Counted from the first letter of the stretch, positions 9,062 to 18,290 are shown. The stretch: 36,925 bases of DNA from Verrucomicrobiota bacterium (GCA_039796255.1 JBDKKE010000456.1:1-36925); one strand, 5' to 3'. A program made the numbers and translations. The notes: generated by a model not told the origin, from the sequence alone.

Positions 9062-12000
9062 CTCCGGAACCCTTCCAACTGGAGGCCACACCCCTGGAGT
9101 CCGGAGTGACCCTGCTCGAAGCCAGCGCCGGCACGGGCAAGACCTTTGCCATTGCCGGACTGTTTCTGCGCATGGTGGTGGAGGCCGGCATTGAGGTGTC
9201 GCAGATCCTGGTGGTGACCTTTACCGAGGCAGCGACGGCGGAACTGCGCGGCCGCATCCGGGAGCGCCTGTCCGAGGCGCGTCGCATCCTGCGCGCCGGC
9301 GAGACCGGCGATCCCCTGTGGCAAAGGCTCCTGCTGGAAGGAACGGTGGAGGAGCGCGGGGGGCGATTGAAGCGGGTGGAGGTGGCCCTGGAGCAGTTTG
9401 ATTCGGCGGCGGTGTTCACCATCCACGGCTTCTGCCGCCGCGTGCTGAGGGAGTGCGCCTTTGAAACCGGGGCCCTGTTTGATGCGGAGCTGCAGCCCGA
9501 TGTCGAGGCCCTGGTTCAGGAGGCGTCGGACAACTTCTGGCGTCGCCAGTTTTACGAGGCCCCGGCCCACCGTCTGCTGATGGCGCAGGCGGCGGGACTG
9601 TCTGCGGACTCGATGTCGCGGCTGCTCCGGCGGCATCTGCAGCAGTCTGAGCCGCTGCTACTGCCCGTGGCGGAGGGACGTTCCCTGGAGTCCGTCTGGG
9701 AGGCTGCCGAAGCCGCCTTCGCCGCGACTGCGGCCCTTTGGAGCCGGGAGCGTTCGGTGATTGTGGCGCCGTTTGGCGACACGGGGGGCCGGTGGGCCAA
9801 CTTGCCCTATAAATCCAGCCGGGTCATGGATCCCTGCTTCATCGCGCTGGATGCCCTGTTCGCCGGAAGCGGAACGGCTGCCGGTCTGGCGGCGGTGGCG
9901 GACCTGACTCCGGAGGCCCTCTCGTCCAAAGTCTCCAAACGGGCCAAGCTGCCCGTACCCACGCACCCGTTTTTCGATGCCTGCGCCGAGCTGGTGACGG
10001 CTCTGTCGCCCGTGGCCGCGGCGTTGCGGTATGCGCTGCTCACCTCGGCGCCGCGGGAGTTGGCCCAGTTGAAGGACCGCGACCGCACGCTGGGATTTGA
10101 CGACCTGTTGCGCCAGGTGGCGGAGGCGGTGCGCGGTCCGCGTGGGGGTGGATTGGCGGACCGGCTTCAGGCCCAGTACCGCGCGGCGTTGATTGACGAG
10201 TTTCAGGATACCGATCCGCTGCAGTGGTCGATCTTTCAACGGCTCTTCACCGGCAATGACATCCAGTTGTACCTGGTGGGCGATCCCAAACAGGCCATCT
10301 ACAGTTTCCGCGGCGCCGATGTCTTCGCCTATCTGCGGGCGAGGGGTGTATCCCAACGACGATTTACGCTGGGGGAGAACTGGAGGTCGGCGCGCGGATT
10401 GGTGGACGCTGTCAACCGCGTCTTCGGGGAACACCCGCTGCCGTTCGCGCTGGAGGCCATTCAGTTTCATCCGGTCCGTGCGGCGGGAAGGGCCGATGAG
10501 AATCCCCTGGTCGAGAGCGGCGGACCGAAGGCGCCGCTCCAGTTGTGGTTTTGGGATTCGGCGGCCGACGGCATTGGCAATGAACCGGCGCGGATGACCC
10601 GCCTCGCGGAGTCCACTGCGGCGGAGATCGTGCGTCTGCTGTCCGGGAACACCCGACTGGGCGACCGGCGACTGGCTCCCGGTGACATAGCCGTGCTGGT
10701 TGATACCCATGTCCAGGCCGAGGCGGTGGCGACGGAACTGGCCTTGCGGCGCGTGCCCTGCGTACGGCAGACCCAGATCAGCGTCTTTGCCACCCGCGAG
10801 GCGGATGATTTGCAGATGCTGCTGGATGCGCTCTCCGAGGGCGCCGATGAGGCACAGCGGCGCGCGGCCCTGGTGACGGATCTGGTGGGCGTGGGTGCTG
10901 CCGATCTTGCCGCACAGCGGGATGCCGAGGGGCAGGCCGGCTGGGATATCTGGCGCGAACGGCTGTCGTTCTGGCGGGACCGGTGGCTCCGCCATGGCGT
11001 CCTGCCCATGCTGGAAACCGTCCTGCGCTCCCAGGACACCCGGGCGCGACTCCTGTCCACCGCCGACGGCGAACGCCGCCTGACCAACTATCTTCACCTG
11101 GGCGAACTCCTGCAGCAGACCTCAACGGCGGAGCGACTGGCACCCCGTTCCCTGGCCTCCTGGCTGGCGGAACACCGGGCCCGCGCCGCCGAGGATCCCC
11201 GGGGCGCCGAGGAGACCCTGCTGCGTCTGGAGCGCGATGCCGCCGCGGTGCAATTGGTGACCATCCATCGCAGCAAGGGACTGGAGTATCCAGTGGTGTT
11301 TTGTCCGTTTCCCGGGCGCGCCTTCGACCAGGGGCTGAAGGAGCGGGGCCGCAACGCGTGCGAGACGGTGCTGTTCCACGACCCCTTGGAGAACGACGTC
11401 CTCAAACACGACGTCGGCACACCGCAATTCGAGACGCACCGGGCCCGGGCGGAGGGGGAGGCTCTGGCCGAGAATCTGCGCCTGCTCTATGTGGCGCTCA
11501 CGCGCGCGAAGCATCGCTGTTACCTGGGTTGGAGCGTGGGAAGCGATCCCGCGCGACGGGCGCTCTCGTGGTTGCTGTGTCCGGTGCCGGAGATTCGTGG
11601 TCTGGCGCTGGAAAAGGCTCCGGAAGCCCTCGTCGCGCTGGTGGGATCCCTCGGGACGGATTCACTTCGGTCCGCCGCGGAACGGTGGTCAGGATCGGAG
11701 ATCGCGGTGGTGGATCTGCCGCCGGGATCGATGACGCGCTGGGTGCCGGCCGATGCCTTTGAGGAACTGGACGCCGCACGCGTTTTCCGCGGTGCCATCC
11801 AGCGCGACTGGGGCTCGGCCAGTTTCAGTTCCCTGGCTCAGGGGTCATCGGATGCGAGTGCAGAACTCGATCCGGTGGGGGAGATCGCCTCCCCACTGGT
11901 AGAGAATCCGCTGGCGGTCGGTCCGCTGGCTGAGTTTCGTGGAACCCGGGCCGGCGTCTGTCTGCACGAGGTGTTCGAGCAGCTTGACCATCCGAATGCA

Positions 12001-12657
12001 GACGGTGCGACGCTGCTCGCGCGGGTGGAGGAGAGGCTGCAGGCCAACGGCTATCCATCCGCGACCCTGGCGGCACCTTTGGCGGAGTTGGTGGGGTGCG
12101 TGCTGGACGCTCCCCTGTTTGCGGGCCGTCCACTGCGCCGTGTTCCGATGGAATCGTGCTGGTGGGAGTTGGAGTTTCTGCTGCCGCTGCGGCCGATTTC
12201 CCCCGGCGTGCTTTCCGCCGCGTTTGCGGCAGGTCCACCCGGGGCAAAGGGCACGGCGCTCGCGTCGTCGCTGGCCCGACTGGAGTTTGCCGACATCCGG
12301 GGCGTGCTGGGAGGCTTCATGGACCTGGTGCTGCAGTCCGGCGGCCAATGGTGGCTGGTGGACTGGAAGTCGAACTGGCTGGGTGACACTCCCGACGCCT
12401 ATGGAGCGGACGCGCTGGAGCGTGAGATGATTTCCCATCACTACGGACTGCAGTACCACCTGTACCTGCTGGCACTCCACCGCCTTCTGCGAATGCGTTT
12501 TCCCAGCTACGATTACGAACGCGATTTTGGCGGGGTCCGCTACGTGTTTGTGCGCGGAGTGACCCCGGGGCGTCCCGATCTCGGGGTCTTTGAGGACCGT
12601 CCGCCGCTCGCCCTGCTTGAGGCCTTGGAACAGCACCTGTTGGAGGGGGCACGATGA
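9058..12657 (+). CDS. recB: Exodeoxyribonuclease V beta subunit RecB (helicase-nuclease)
   Basis: GTG start at 9058 overlaps the recC stop (GTGA); no ATG exists upstream of the Walker A motif. UvrD-type motif I LLEASAGTGKTFAIAGLFLRMV, motif II LIDEFQDTD, and VTIHRSKGLEYPVVF. C-terminal PD-(D/E)xK nuclease GFMDLVLQSGGQWWLVDWKSNWLG..YGLQYHLYLLALHRLL, very close to the E. coli RecB nuclease motif. Confidence 0.93.
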   Translation: MTPEPFQLEATPLESGVTLLEASAGTGKTFAIAGLFLRMVVEAGIEVSQILVVTFTEAATAELRGRIRERLSEARRILRAGETGDPLWQRLLLEGTVEERGGRLKRVEVALEQFDSAAVFTIHGFCRRVLRECAFETGALFDAELQPDVEALVQEASDNFWRRQFYEAPAHRLLMAQAAGLSADSMSRLLRRHLQQSEPLLLPVAEGRSLESVWEAAEAAFAATAALWSRERSVIVAPFGDTGGRWANLPYKSSRVMDPCFIALDALFAGSGTAAGLAAVADLTPEALSSKVSKRAKLPVPTHPFFDACAELVTALSPVAAALRYALLTSAPRELAQLKDRDRTLGFDDLLRQVAEAVRGPRGGGLADRLQAQYRAALIDEFQDTDPLQWSIFQRLFTGNDIQLYLVGDPKQAIYSFRGADVFAYLRARGVSQRRFTLGENWRSARGLVDAVNRVFGEHPLPFALEAIQFHPVRAAGRADENPLVESGGPKAPLQLWFWDSAADGIGNEPARMTRLAESTAAEIVRLLSGNTRLGDRRLAPGDIAVLVDTHVQAEAVATELALRRVPCVRQTQISVFATREADDLQMLLDALSEGADEAQRRAALVTDLVGVGAADLAAQRDAEGQAGWDIWRERLSFWRDRWLRHGVLPMLETVLRSQDTRARLLSTADGERRLTNYLHLGELLQQTSTAERLAPRSLASWLAEHRARAAEDPRGAEETLLRLERDAAAVQLVTIHRSKGLEYPVVFCPFPGRAFDQGLKERGRNACETVLFHDPLENDVLKHDVGTPQFETHRARAEGEALAENLRLLYVALTRAKHRCYLGWSVGSDPARRALSWLLCPVPEIRGLALEKAPEALVALVGSLGTDSLRSAAERWSGSEIAVVDLPPGSMTRWVPADAFEELDAARVFRGAIQRDWGSASFSSLAQGSSDASAELDPVGEIASPLVENPLAVGPLAEFRGTRAGVCLHEVFEQLDHPNADGATLLARVEERLQANGYPSATLAAPLAELVGCVLDAPLFAGRPLRRVPMESCWWELEFLLPLRPISPGVLSAAFAAGPPGAKGTALASSLARLEFADIRGVLGGFMDLVLQSGGQWWLVDWKSNWLGDTPDAYGADALEREMISHHYGLQYHLYLLALHRLLRMRFPSYDYERDFGGVRYVFVRGVTPGRPDLGVFEDRPPLALLEALEQHLLEGAR

Positions 12658-14510
12658 CCTCCGCTGAGCTGGATCGGTTGCTGGTGGGTCCCCCTTTCGC
12701 GGGACTCGACGCCGAGTTCGCGGCTCTTCTGGAACGGATGGAGGGAGGATCCCGTCCGGAACTGCGCCTGGCCGCGGCGCTGGTCAGCCGGCGGCGCAGC
12801 GAAGGGCAGGTGTGTCTCGATCTGGCGATGTCCTCCGGCGTCACCGTGGAGAACGATGCCGGTGCGACCGTGATGGCCCCCTCCCTGAACGAGTGGCAGA
12901 CGGCGCTCGGCCGGTCGTCTGGAGTGGTGGGTGGACCGGGCGAACTGAAGCCCCTCGTTCTGGAGGGCCACCGCCTCTACTGGCGCCGTTACTGGGACTA
13001 TGAGCAGCGGCTGGCGACCGCACTGCAAACGCGGGTTCAGGCGACACCCGAAGCGGTGGAAGTCCCCCGGTTGAGGGAGGGACTGAAGCGACTCTTTCCC
13101 AGCGGGGCTTCGGAGGAACCGGACTGGCAGCAGGTCGCGGCGTTTCTGGTCGTGCGCCATCGCCTGACGGTGATTCTGGGAGGGCCAGGAACGGGGAAGA
13201 CCCGGACCGTCGCCCGGGCTCTGGCGCTGCTGTTTGAACTCCAGGGTCCGACGCTGCGGGTCGCAGTGGCGGCCCCGACCGGCAAGGCGGCGGCGCGGTT
13301 GCAGGCCACGATTCGCCGCGCCAAGGTCGAATTGGGTGCGGTCGTGCCCGCATTGGTCGCGATGTCTGACGAGGTGCAGACGGTCCATCGCCTGTTGAAG
13401 GTGAATCCTGCCACGGGGCGCCCTCACTTCGACGCCGCGAATCCCCTGCCGCTGGACATCCTGGTGGTGGATGAAGCCAGCATGGTGGATCTGGCTTTGA
13501 TGACCAAGCTGGTGTCCGCGTTGCCTGTCTCGGCGCGTCTGGTGCTGCTCGGTGACAAGGACCAGCTGGCGGCGGTGGAGGCCGGCAGCGTGTTGGGCGA
13601 CCTGGCGGCAGGCCGGGAATCGAACCGCTACTCGTCCGGACTCTCCGCAGCCTTTGCAGAGACGACGGGCATCGCGCTTCCGGTCAGCGTCTCGGGCGCT
13701 GGGGCGTCCCCGTTGACGGACTGTTTCGTGGAACTGCGCGCCAACCACCGCTTCGGCACCGACAGCGGCATCTATCGCGCCAGCCAGTGCGTCAACAACG
13801 GGGACGCCGCCGGAGCATTGCGGTCGTTGCGGCACCGCGCCATTTTTCCGCAGGAAGAGGCGCGCACGGAGGGTGAGGCTCTGTGGCAGGAGCTGCCCGG
13901 ACGCACCGAATTGAGGCGGGCCCTGCGGCAAACCGTGCGTTCGAGGTTTGGCCTCATGTGCGGCGCGACGGATCCCTTAGCCGCGTTGCAGGCGATGGAG
14001 ACGTTCCGGATTCTGGCAGCGGTGCGATCTGGACCCTTTGGCGTCGAGGGTCTGAACCTGCTGATTGTTGATCTGCTGCGGGAGGCCGGAACGATTGGAG
14101 GGGGCCCCTGGTACTCAGGACGCCAGGTACTGGTGACAGCCAATGATCCGGAGGCCGGACTCTTCAATGGCGATCTGGGAGTGGTGCTGATCGGGACGGA
14201 CGGCACGCCCGCGGTATGGTTTTCCGACGTCGACGGGGCGCCCCGTCGCGTGACCCCTTCGCGTCTGCCGCCGCATGAGACGGCGTTCGCCCTGACCGTA
14301 CACAAGAGTCAGGGATCGGAGTTTGACGAGGTGCTGTTGATTCTGCCGGAGCGCCCGTCGCCGGTGGTCACCCGGGAACTGGTGTACACCGGACTCACCC
14401 GCGCCCGCCGGCGGACGGAGATCTGGAGCCGCGAGGGGGCGTTCCGCGAGGCGGTGTCCCGCCGTACCGACCGAGCCTCGGGGCTCCGTGAGCGGTTGTG
14501 GGGAATTTGA
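12654..14510 (+). CDS. recD: Exodeoxyribonuclease V alpha subunit RecD
   Basis: The ATG overlaps the recB stop (ATGA). Walker A ILGGPGTGKTRTVARAL, Walker B/DEAS-like ILVVDEASMVDL, and C-terminal ALTVHKSQGSEFDEV. 618 aa. Confidence 0.93.
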   Translation: MTSAELDRLLVGPPFAGLDAEFAALLERMEGGSRPELRLAAALVSRRRSEGQVCLDLAMSSGVTVENDAGATVMAPSLNEWQTALGRSSGVVGGPGELKPLVLEGHRLYWRRYWDYEQRLATALQTRVQATPEAVEVPRLREGLKRLFPSGASEEPDWQQVAAFLVVRHRLTVILGGPGTGKTRTVARALALLFELQGPTLRVAVAAPTGKAAARLQATIRRAKVELGAVVPALVAMSDEVQTVHRLLKVNPATGRPHFDAANPLPLDILVVDEASMVDLALMTKLVSALPVSARLVLLGDKDQLAAVEAGSVLGDLAAGRESNRYSSGLSAAFAETTGIALPVSVSGAGASPLTDCFVELRANHRFGTDSGIYRASQCVNNGDAAGALRSLRHRAIFPQEEARTEGEALWQELPGRTELRRALRQTVRSRFGLMCGATDPLAALQAMETFRILAAVRSGPFGVEGLNLLIVDLLREAGTIGGGPWYSGRQVLVTANDPEAGLFNGDLGVVLIGTDGTPAVWFSDVDGAPRRVTPSRLPPHETAFALTVHKSQGSEFDEVLLILPERPSPVVTRELVYTGLTRARRRTEIWSREGAFREAVSRRTDRASGLRERLWGI

Positions 14511-14666
14511 ACCACGGATAGCACGGAGGAACTCGGATGGGAAAGAATCAGGTTTCTGAGGCATAGCGGCTCTCAGAAGGGGTTTTGAATCGCTCAGTGT
14601 TTCCACAACGCAAAAGCGATTCTCTCCCCTGCGTATCCATGGCATCCGCGCCATCCGTGGTTCGAA
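14506..14666. repeat. Intergenic inverted-arm element, copy A (CACGGATGG-unit arms)
   Basis: Left arm TTTGAACCACGGATAGCACGGAGGAACTCGGATGGGAAAG (14506-14545). The right arm (14622-14666) reverse-complements to TTCGAACCACGGATGGCGCGGATGCCATGGATACGCAGGGGAGAG. The roughly 76-nt spacer contains two further small hairpins (TTCTGAG/CTCAGAA and GAATCGCT/AGCGATTC). The element starts on the recD stop codon. Confidence 0.8.
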
Positions 14667-14740
14667 TTCTATAGTCCCCCTCACTGTGCCTCCGTGCCTC
14701 TGGGGTAAACTTCCCCCTCTGTGGTGGGAGCCTTTGAGAC

Positions 14741-16360
14741 TCAATGCGAGCCAGAGGACGGCTTGGCGAGGAGCATGGTTTCCTCGTGGTCGAGCAATTG
14801 CTGCAGCGGACGGTGGATCTCGTCGGTGATGATGTTCCGTCGCCACAGATCGTCGATGGCGTCCCGTTCGGCGCGGACGGCCTCCAGTCGGTATCGCCGT
14901 CCCGAGGCCCGGCGGCGTTGGGCACTGGCCCGCGTCTCGCCTTCGGCGGTGAGTTCCGCCAGGCGGCCCTCATATTCGGCGATGACCTCGCCCAACGCCG
15001 CGCCCTCCTCGGCGAGGCCGACCAATGACTGCTGGGAGCGCAGGGAACGGAGGCCGGCGTCCACGGCCGTGGTGCGGGCCAGTCGCTCCTCGCCGGCGCG
15101 GGCGTCGTCCTCCTTGAGTCCCAACCGGTGAATGAGCCATTCCAGGGTCGTTCCCTGAAGCAGCAGCGTGACGGCGATGACACCGAAGGCCAGGAACAGG
15201 ACGATATCGCGGGCGGGAAACTCGGCGCCGCTGGGAAGGGTGAGGGGAATGGAGAGCGCCGCCGCCAGGGTGACGGTCCCGCGCATGCCGGCCCATCCGG
15301 CCACCAGCACGGCCTGCCAGGACGGACGTTCTTCGTTCTCACGGATCCGTCGCGACAGGAGAAAGGGAAGATAGGCTCCGGGAAAGATCCACAGCAGGCG
15401 TCCGATAATGGCGGTGGCCGACACGCCCGCGGTGAGGAGTGCCAGTTCCGCCAGGGAGAAGCGGGTACGCACGGCGGCGAGGAGGTGCGGGAACTGGAGG
15501 CCGAGGAGAAGGAACGCCAGTCCATTGAGCCAGAAGAGCACCATCGACCACACCGCCCAGGCCGTCTGTCGCACCTCGGCATCCATGCGCACCGGATCCC
15601 GCCAACCGGCGTAGAGTCCCGCGGCCACCACCGAGAGGACGCCCGACACTCCCAGGGGTTCAGCCGCCAGGTAAGCTGCGTAGGGCGTCATCAGGGAGAC
15701 GGTGATCTCGATATACGGATCGTGTCCGTGGACGCGGATCAACAGGTCCCGAAGCTTGCCCACCGCATAGCTTACCAGAAGTCCCACAACCAGTCCCCCG
15801 ACGGCCACCAGCACAAAGTCCAGCGCCGCCGCCTTTACGGAGAAGGTGCCGGCCACCACCGCGGCCAGGGCGAACTTGAAGGCGACCAGTCCGGTCGCGT
15901 CGTTCATCAGGCTTTCCCCGTTGAGCACGGTGGTGAGCCGGCGGGGCACCTTGAAGCGGGCGGTGATGGCGCTGACGGCGACGGCGTCGGTGGGCGACAC
16001 CACGGCGCCCAGCGCGAAGGCCAGGGCCAGGGGAAGACCGGGAACCAGCCAGTGAGCCACCAGTCCGACGGTCAGCGTCGTGAAGACGACCAGTCCAATG
16101 GCCAGGGTGAGAATGGCGCGCCGCGCCTTGGCAAACTCGCGCAGCGGCATCAACCAGCCATCCGAAAACAGCAGTGGCGGGAGAAAGCAGAGGAAGAAGA
16201 AACCCGGGTCCAGGGTCATCACTGGAAACCCGGGGACCAGGGCCACCAGACATCCGCCGACCACATGGGTGATCGGCTGTGGCCAGGGCAGCCAGCGTCC
16301 GAGCACGCTGAACGCCGTCGTCAGCAGCAGGAGAATCAGGGCGTGTTCAAAGGCAACCAT
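14741..16360 (-). CDS. Na+/H+ antiporter, CPA1 family (NhaP-like) with C-terminal cytoplasmic domain
   Basis: Polytopic membrane protein. N-terminus MVAFEHALILLLLTTAFSVLGRWLPWPQPITHVVGGCLVAL, with LLFSDGW and VSPTDAVAV motifs typical of CPA1 exchangers. The ATG at 16360 is chosen over the longer track ORF (16507), which would read through a tandem-repeat region. Confidence 0.88.
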   Translation of the reverse strand: MVAFEHALILLLLTTAFSVLGRWLPWPQPITHVVGGCLVALVPGFPVMTLDPGFFFLCFLPPLLFSDGWLMPLREFAKARRAILTLAIGLVVFTTLTVGLVAHWLVPGLPLALAFALGAVVSPTDAVAVSAITARFKVPRRLTTVLNGESLMNDATGLVAFKFALAAVVAGTFSVKAAALDFVLVAVGGLVVGLLVSYAVGKLRDLLIRVHGHDPYIEITVSLMTPYAAYLAAEPLGVSGVLSVVAAGLYAGWRDPVRMDAEVRQTAWAVWSMVLFWLNGLAFLLLGLQFPHLLAAVRTRFSLAELALLTAGVSATAIIGRLLWIFPGAYLPFLLSRRIRENEERPSWQAVLVAGWAGMRGTVTLAAALSIPLTLPSGAEFPARDIVLFLAFGVIAVTLLLQGTTLEWLIHRLGLKEDDARAGEERLARTTAVDAGLRSLRSQQSLVGLAEEGAALGEVIAEYEGRLAELTAEGETRASAQRRRASGRRYRLEAVRAERDAIDDLWRRNIITDEIHRPLQQLLDHEETMLLAKPSSGSH

Positions 16361-16474
16361 GGGGGAGAGGCGATCGCGCCCGAAGCGCCATTGCCAATCG
16401 CCGATAGGCAATAGCCGAGCCCAAGAGAAACGGAAAACTCGAATCCAAAAACTTCCCAGTCCTCCGTCCCACGA

Positions 16475-16523
16475 ACCAATGACGAATGACGAACGACCAA
16501 TGACCAATGACCAATGACCAATG
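16475..16523. repeat. Heptanucleotide tandem repeat, 7 copies (ACCAATG; variants ACGAATG, ACGAACG)
   Basis: Read directly: ACCAATG ACGAATG ACGAACG ACCAATG ACCAATG ACCAATG ACCAATG. It lies in the divergent intergenic region, 115 bp from the antiporter ATG and 52 bp from the aminotransferase ATG. Confidence 0.95.
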
Positions 16524-16575
16524 TATACCCCCTCCCTTGCTCCCCGCCGGTCCTTGTGGAAGCCTGCCCGCCTTT

Positions 16576-17667
16576 ATGGCGCACGTGAAGCTCCACATTC
16601 CAGGTCCGGTCGAAGTCAGTCCGCAAACCTTTGCCGCCCTCTGCCGTCCGATGATCGGCCATCGCGGACAGGGCTTCAAAGACCTGTACGCCAAGATTCA
16701 GCCCCAGCTGCAGACCCTGCTGGGCACCCGCCAGTTGGTGTACCTGAGCACTTCGTCCGCCTGGGGCGTCATGGAGGGAGCCCTGCGGAACCTGTCCTCG
16801 AAGAAGGTGCTGAACTGCATGTGCGGCGCGTTTTCGGACAAGTGGTTCGATGTGGCGAAGCGCTGCGGACGCCCGGCGGAGGCGCTGCAGGTTCCCTGGG
16901 GATCGGCCATTCGCGCCGAGGCAGTGGCCGCACGGTTGGAGACAGGACAGTTCGATGCCCTCACCCTGATCCACAACGAGACCAGCACGGGGACGATGTC
17001 GCCGTTGGCCGAGATTGCCGCGCTCAAGGCGAGGTTTCCGGAGGTGATGTTCATTGTGGACGCGGTGAGTTCCATGACGGCAGTCCCTCTGGACTTCGAC
17101 GCCCTCGGAATGGATGTCCTGCTGGCCGGCACGCAGAAGGCCTTCGCCCTGCCTCCGGGCCTTTCGGTCTTTGTGTGCTCGCCCGCCGCCCTGGCCAAGG
17201 CGGCGACCGCGCCGGATCGCGGTTATTACTTCGATTTCGTGGAGTTTGAGAAGAACGCCCGCGAGAGCATGACCCCAAGCACCCCGAGCATTCCGCACGT
17301 GTACGCGCTGGCGTCCAAGCTCGACGAGTTCTTCGCCGAAGGACTTCCCGCCCGCTATGCCCGGCACCGCGAGACGAATCAGATGCTGCGGGACTGGGGA
17401 ACGAAGCATGGCCTCACCCTGTTTCCGGATGCCGGCTTCGAGTCGCTCACCCTGTGCTGCTTCAACAATGGGGCCAAGCCGGGGGCGGGACGCACCGTGG
17501 ACGTCGCGAAGCTGCAGAAGGGGGTCAAGGATCAGGGGTTCCTGATCGACGGCGGCTACGGAAAGATCAAGGGCACCACCTTCCGCATCTCCAACATGGG
17601 CGACGAGACGCCCGCGTCGATGACCCCGCTGATCGCGGCACTGGACGCCACCATGGCCGGGCTTTGA
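16576..17667 (+). CDS. Class V pyridoxal-phosphate aminotransferase (serine-pyruvate / alanine-glyoxylate aminotransferase family)
   Basis: N-terminus MAHVKLHIPGPVEVSPQTFAAL is typical of the family. PLP-lysine context LLAGTQKAFALPPGLSVF. 363 aa. The earlier ATG at 16507 lies inside the heptamer repeat and is rejected. Confidence 0.85.
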   Translation: MAHVKLHIPGPVEVSPQTFAALCRPMIGHRGQGFKDLYAKIQPQLQTLLGTRQLVYLSTSSAWGVMEGALRNLSSKKVLNCMCGAFSDKWFDVAKRCGRPAEALQVPWGSAIRAEAVAARLETGQFDALTLIHNETSTGTMSPLAEIAALKARFPEVMFIVDAVSSMTAVPLDFDALGMDVLLAGTQKAFALPPGLSVFVCSPAALAKAATAPDRGYYFDFVEFEKNARESMTPSTPSIPHVYALASKLDEFFAEGLPARYARHRETNQMLRDWGTKHGLTLFPDAGFESLTLCCFNNGAKPGAGRTVDVAKLQKGVKDQGFLIDGGYGKIKGTTFRISNMGDETPASMTPLIAALDATMAGL

Positions 17668-17750
17668 TCCGCAGGGCGTCCCTGCACCCAGCCTCCCGGG
17701 AACGAGGTTTCGCGGTGGGATCTCCGGAGGCCCTGGGCTAGGCTGAGGCC

Positions 17751-18203
17751 ATGCCTGCTCCCCCCCTGCCTCCGATTCCCCCCGCGGAACTGGTGGACCT
17801 CGCCCGTGGAGTCATCCGCGAGGCGCGGTTTCCCCAATTGGCCACCATCGACGGTGATCAACCCCGGCTGCGTCCCGTGTCCCCGGTCCGCGTGGACGGC
17901 TTCGTCATCCACATCGCCAATCTCCGCAGCTATCACAAGACGGTGGAACTGGCCGCCAATCCACGCTGCGAGCTGTGCTACGTGGATGACCGCCACAATC
18001 AGGTCCGGTTGACCGGGACTGTTGTTGTGGAGACCGACCGGGCAGTGCTGGAGGAGATCTGGAACAGCAATCCCTTGCTGCGCTCCTATCTGGGCTCACT
18101 GGAGAACCCGGCGCTACTGGTGTACCGCTTCGTCCCGGCACGGGTCCGCTACATGAGGGAGTGGGCGCTGGAGTACTACGAAATTCCCCTGGCCGGGGCG
18201 TAA
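17751..18203 (+). CDS. Pyridoxamine 5'-phosphate oxidase-like FMN-binding family protein
   Basis: 150 aa. The pattern FPQLATIDGDQPRLRPVSP..IHIANLRSYHKTVELAANPRCELCY..VRLTGTV..LEEIWN resembles split-barrel PNPOx / general stress protein 26-type proteins. Confidence 0.65.
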   Translation: MPAPPLPPIPPAELVDLARGVIREARFPQLATIDGDQPRLRPVSPVRVDGFVIHIANLRSYHKTVELAANPRCELCYVDDRHNQVRLTGTVVVETDRAVLEEIWNSNPLLRSYLGSLENPALLVYRFVPARVRYMREWALEYYEIPLAGA

Positions 18204-18244
18204 ACGTGCCGTTGAATGGCGGCCGGCCGGCCCCGGAAACACAA

Positions 18245-18277
18245 CCGCCCGCCGGTTCGAGGTGAACCGGCGGGCGG
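18245..18277. terminator. Bidirectional stem-loop terminator between the PNPOx-like gene and tRNA-Ala
   Basis: Perfect 14-bp stem CCGCCCGCCGGTTC / GAACCGGCGGGCGG with a 5-nt loop. On the minus strand it is followed by TTGTGTTTCC; on the plus strand by TGGCGGCTTGGTTTGG. Confidence 0.75.
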
Positions 18278-18290
18278 TGGCGGCTTGGTT

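Noticed and set aside
5420-9091. 1223-aa ORF on the minus strand, the longest in the window
   Set aside because: It is entirely antisense to recC. The product is Arg/Gly/Pro/Gln-rich low-complexity sequence with no motif, whereas the + strand frame has clear RecC homology. This is a typical high-GC shadow ORF.
15128-16414. 428-aa + strand ORF and 344-aa minus-strand ORF (14548-15582) over the antiporter locus
   Set aside because: They are alternative-frame or antisense shadows. Only the 14741-16360 frame gives a coherent polytopic CPA1 membrane protein.
16475-16523. Possibility that the short tandem repeats (here, 3004-3044 and 6194-6238) are CRISPR arrays
   Set aside because: The units are 7-15 bp and directly abutting, with no unique spacers, and there are no cas genes in the window. 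They are micro- or minisatellites, not CRISPR.
16507-16575. N-terminal extension of the aminotransferase starting MTNDQ inside the heptamer array
   Set aside because: The ATG is generated by the ACCAATG repeat itself. The family-typical N-terminus (MAHVKLHIPGP) begins at 16576.
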